Part shown: positions 62,458 to 64,000 of the stretch, in pieces | Numbering within the stretch: position 1 is the first letter of the stretch | How the letters are laid out: each line of letters opens with the position of its first letter | Assembly: GCA_024679065.1 (NCBI GenBank) | Contig: JAGIQG010000001.1 | Coordinates: 102,610,001-102,674,000 of the forward strand | Source: Sphyrna mokarran | Taxonomy: Eukaryota | Length of the DNA: 64,000 nt | Direction: 5' to 3' | The notes under the pieces: generated by a model | Seen by the model: only the letters and a program-made list of their open reading frames with translations | Database searches by the model: none | Told to the model about the DNA's origin: nothing | Translations under genes and position numbers: made by a program

Positions 62458-63859
62458 ATGAAGAACCACCACATCAATGATTGTCAGCTCCGAGAGGCAA
62501 GAGGTAGCAGGTTGTCCACAGAGTTGCCACAGGGATGGACTAGTGAGTGACTGACCACAACATTAGGATTTCTACTTTAATCTGAGCTTGAATTAAATGC
62601 TGAAGTTGTGGTGAGTTTAAGAGCAATAATAATGGTGAAAGCTAAAGCTCCTCACAAAATCTGGAACATTATTCTTTGGGCGGAATTTTCTGGCCGCACT
62701 TGTTCCAAAACCGGAAAATCATACCCGAGGTCAACTACCTGCTACGGTTCCCATGGTGAACGGCAGATGAAAATTCTTCTATATGTGTTTGTTAAAAGCT
62801 TTTCATTTGCAAGTTATGATGTATGCATATGATCACAGAAAGGGCTTAAAGAACAGTCACCATTTTTGCTTTTCCAGTCATGAAACTGATGCACATTTCA
62901 AAGCCCAAATGCACAGGAATGCTTCCAAAAGTGCTCAATACAATAAATTAGGTATTAATTGTATACGGAGCAATATCTAGCAGTACTGTCACTTAAACAC
63001 ATTGGTGCAATGCAGAGCGCTGTCTCTGGGGAAGGAACAGATCTCCTGGTCTTTTGCAGTGTTTGCACGTTAAACTTTAGACAGATGCTGTATCAACAAT
63101 GGCCATCTGCCAAAAACAGTCTTACCAATAAGTGGCAAGCATTTTGCAAAAAGGAAGCTGTAGCTTGAATCATTTGATTCCTTTTATCTGAACACTGAGA
63201 ACTGGGATTGTCTATTTTTGAATCTATTTATTACAATGTCTTGTGCAGATAGTTTGATGACTCATATACGTGAAAAGTTATTAAATCAATTAAACTAATA
63301 TGGAATTAGTCGTATGAAGTGCAACTTTCATTGTCTTCATTCATGTCTTTTAGATTCTCAATTTTCCACAAAACCAATTACAGAAGCCAACTTTAGTTGT
63401 GCAAAATTCGGCTAAAATTTAACTGAATAGTTTTAATCAACCTTTCTGGATTTTCCAACCAGATGAATACAAAGTTGTTATCTGGATCTTCTATCCTTGG
63501 TAATATATTTTGTCCTCACAAAAGTACAATTAGAATCCTTGCTTTCTATCCAAAAGCAACAAACTTAAAACTGGAGATGAACTTGCATAATATTTCGGCT
63601 AAGCCACAATTTAAATATTGTGAGCAATATTAAATACTTCTGAGCAGCATCTGTTAAAAGAAAGATACAAGAAGGCCCAGCATGGTTTATTAAGTTGGTA
63701 AAAGGGATGAAAAATTGTTATAAAGAAAGGCTTGAGAAGTTAGATATTTTACAATAAGCCCAATTGAAGTCTACTTAAATAATTTAAAATTAGCAGTCAG
63801 TAACAAAAAAGCAATCAAAAATTCTGGTGGAACTTTATCTTAATAAGTCTGGATGACAA

Positions 63860-64000
63860 GTAGAAGATTGTCTTCAGCTGAACAGAACCTTGGTCACACC
63901 CGACTTGGAGCACTGAGTGTTGGACACTGCATCTCAAGAAGGGTATCTTGACCTTGGAGGAGGTGCAGCACCAATTTAGAGAAAGATATGAGGGGTTAAT
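63860..64000 (+). mobile_element. CR1 fragment running off the window
   Basis: LVTPDLEH..ILTLEEVQHQF resembles LVRPHLEY..ALERVQRRF. Confidence 0.6.

Overview
Repeat-dense, non-genic vertebrate DNA, almost certainly from a shark (elasmobranch): it carries many HE1/V-SINE-type SINEs, a Deu-domain SINE, CR1, L2, RTE and Rex1-like LINE fragments, Penelope-like elements (PLE), Harbinger remnants and a decayed Gypsy gag. I recognise no host protein-coding exon; every interpretable ORF is transposon-derived. Highlights: (1) a ~320-bp U2-snRNA-headed, A-tailed SINE-like element at 43.5-43.8 kb with two U2 5' fragments, one ending at U2 nt 37, plus a second partial copy sharing the same 24-nt post-tail sequence; (2) a family of short PLE-derived insertions carrying minimal type-I hammerhead ribozyme motifs, including a perfect 111-bp inverted repeat and a 94-bp TSD-flanked insertion; (3) a young, order-scrambled inverted templated insertion inside a Gypsy gag; (4) a 28-bp minisatellite that is a tandem array of consensus 5' splice sites; (5) several repeat-free, CpG-retaining blocks that may be conserved non-coding elements. 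Boundaries of old repeats are approximate and all family calls were made by eye, without database searches.
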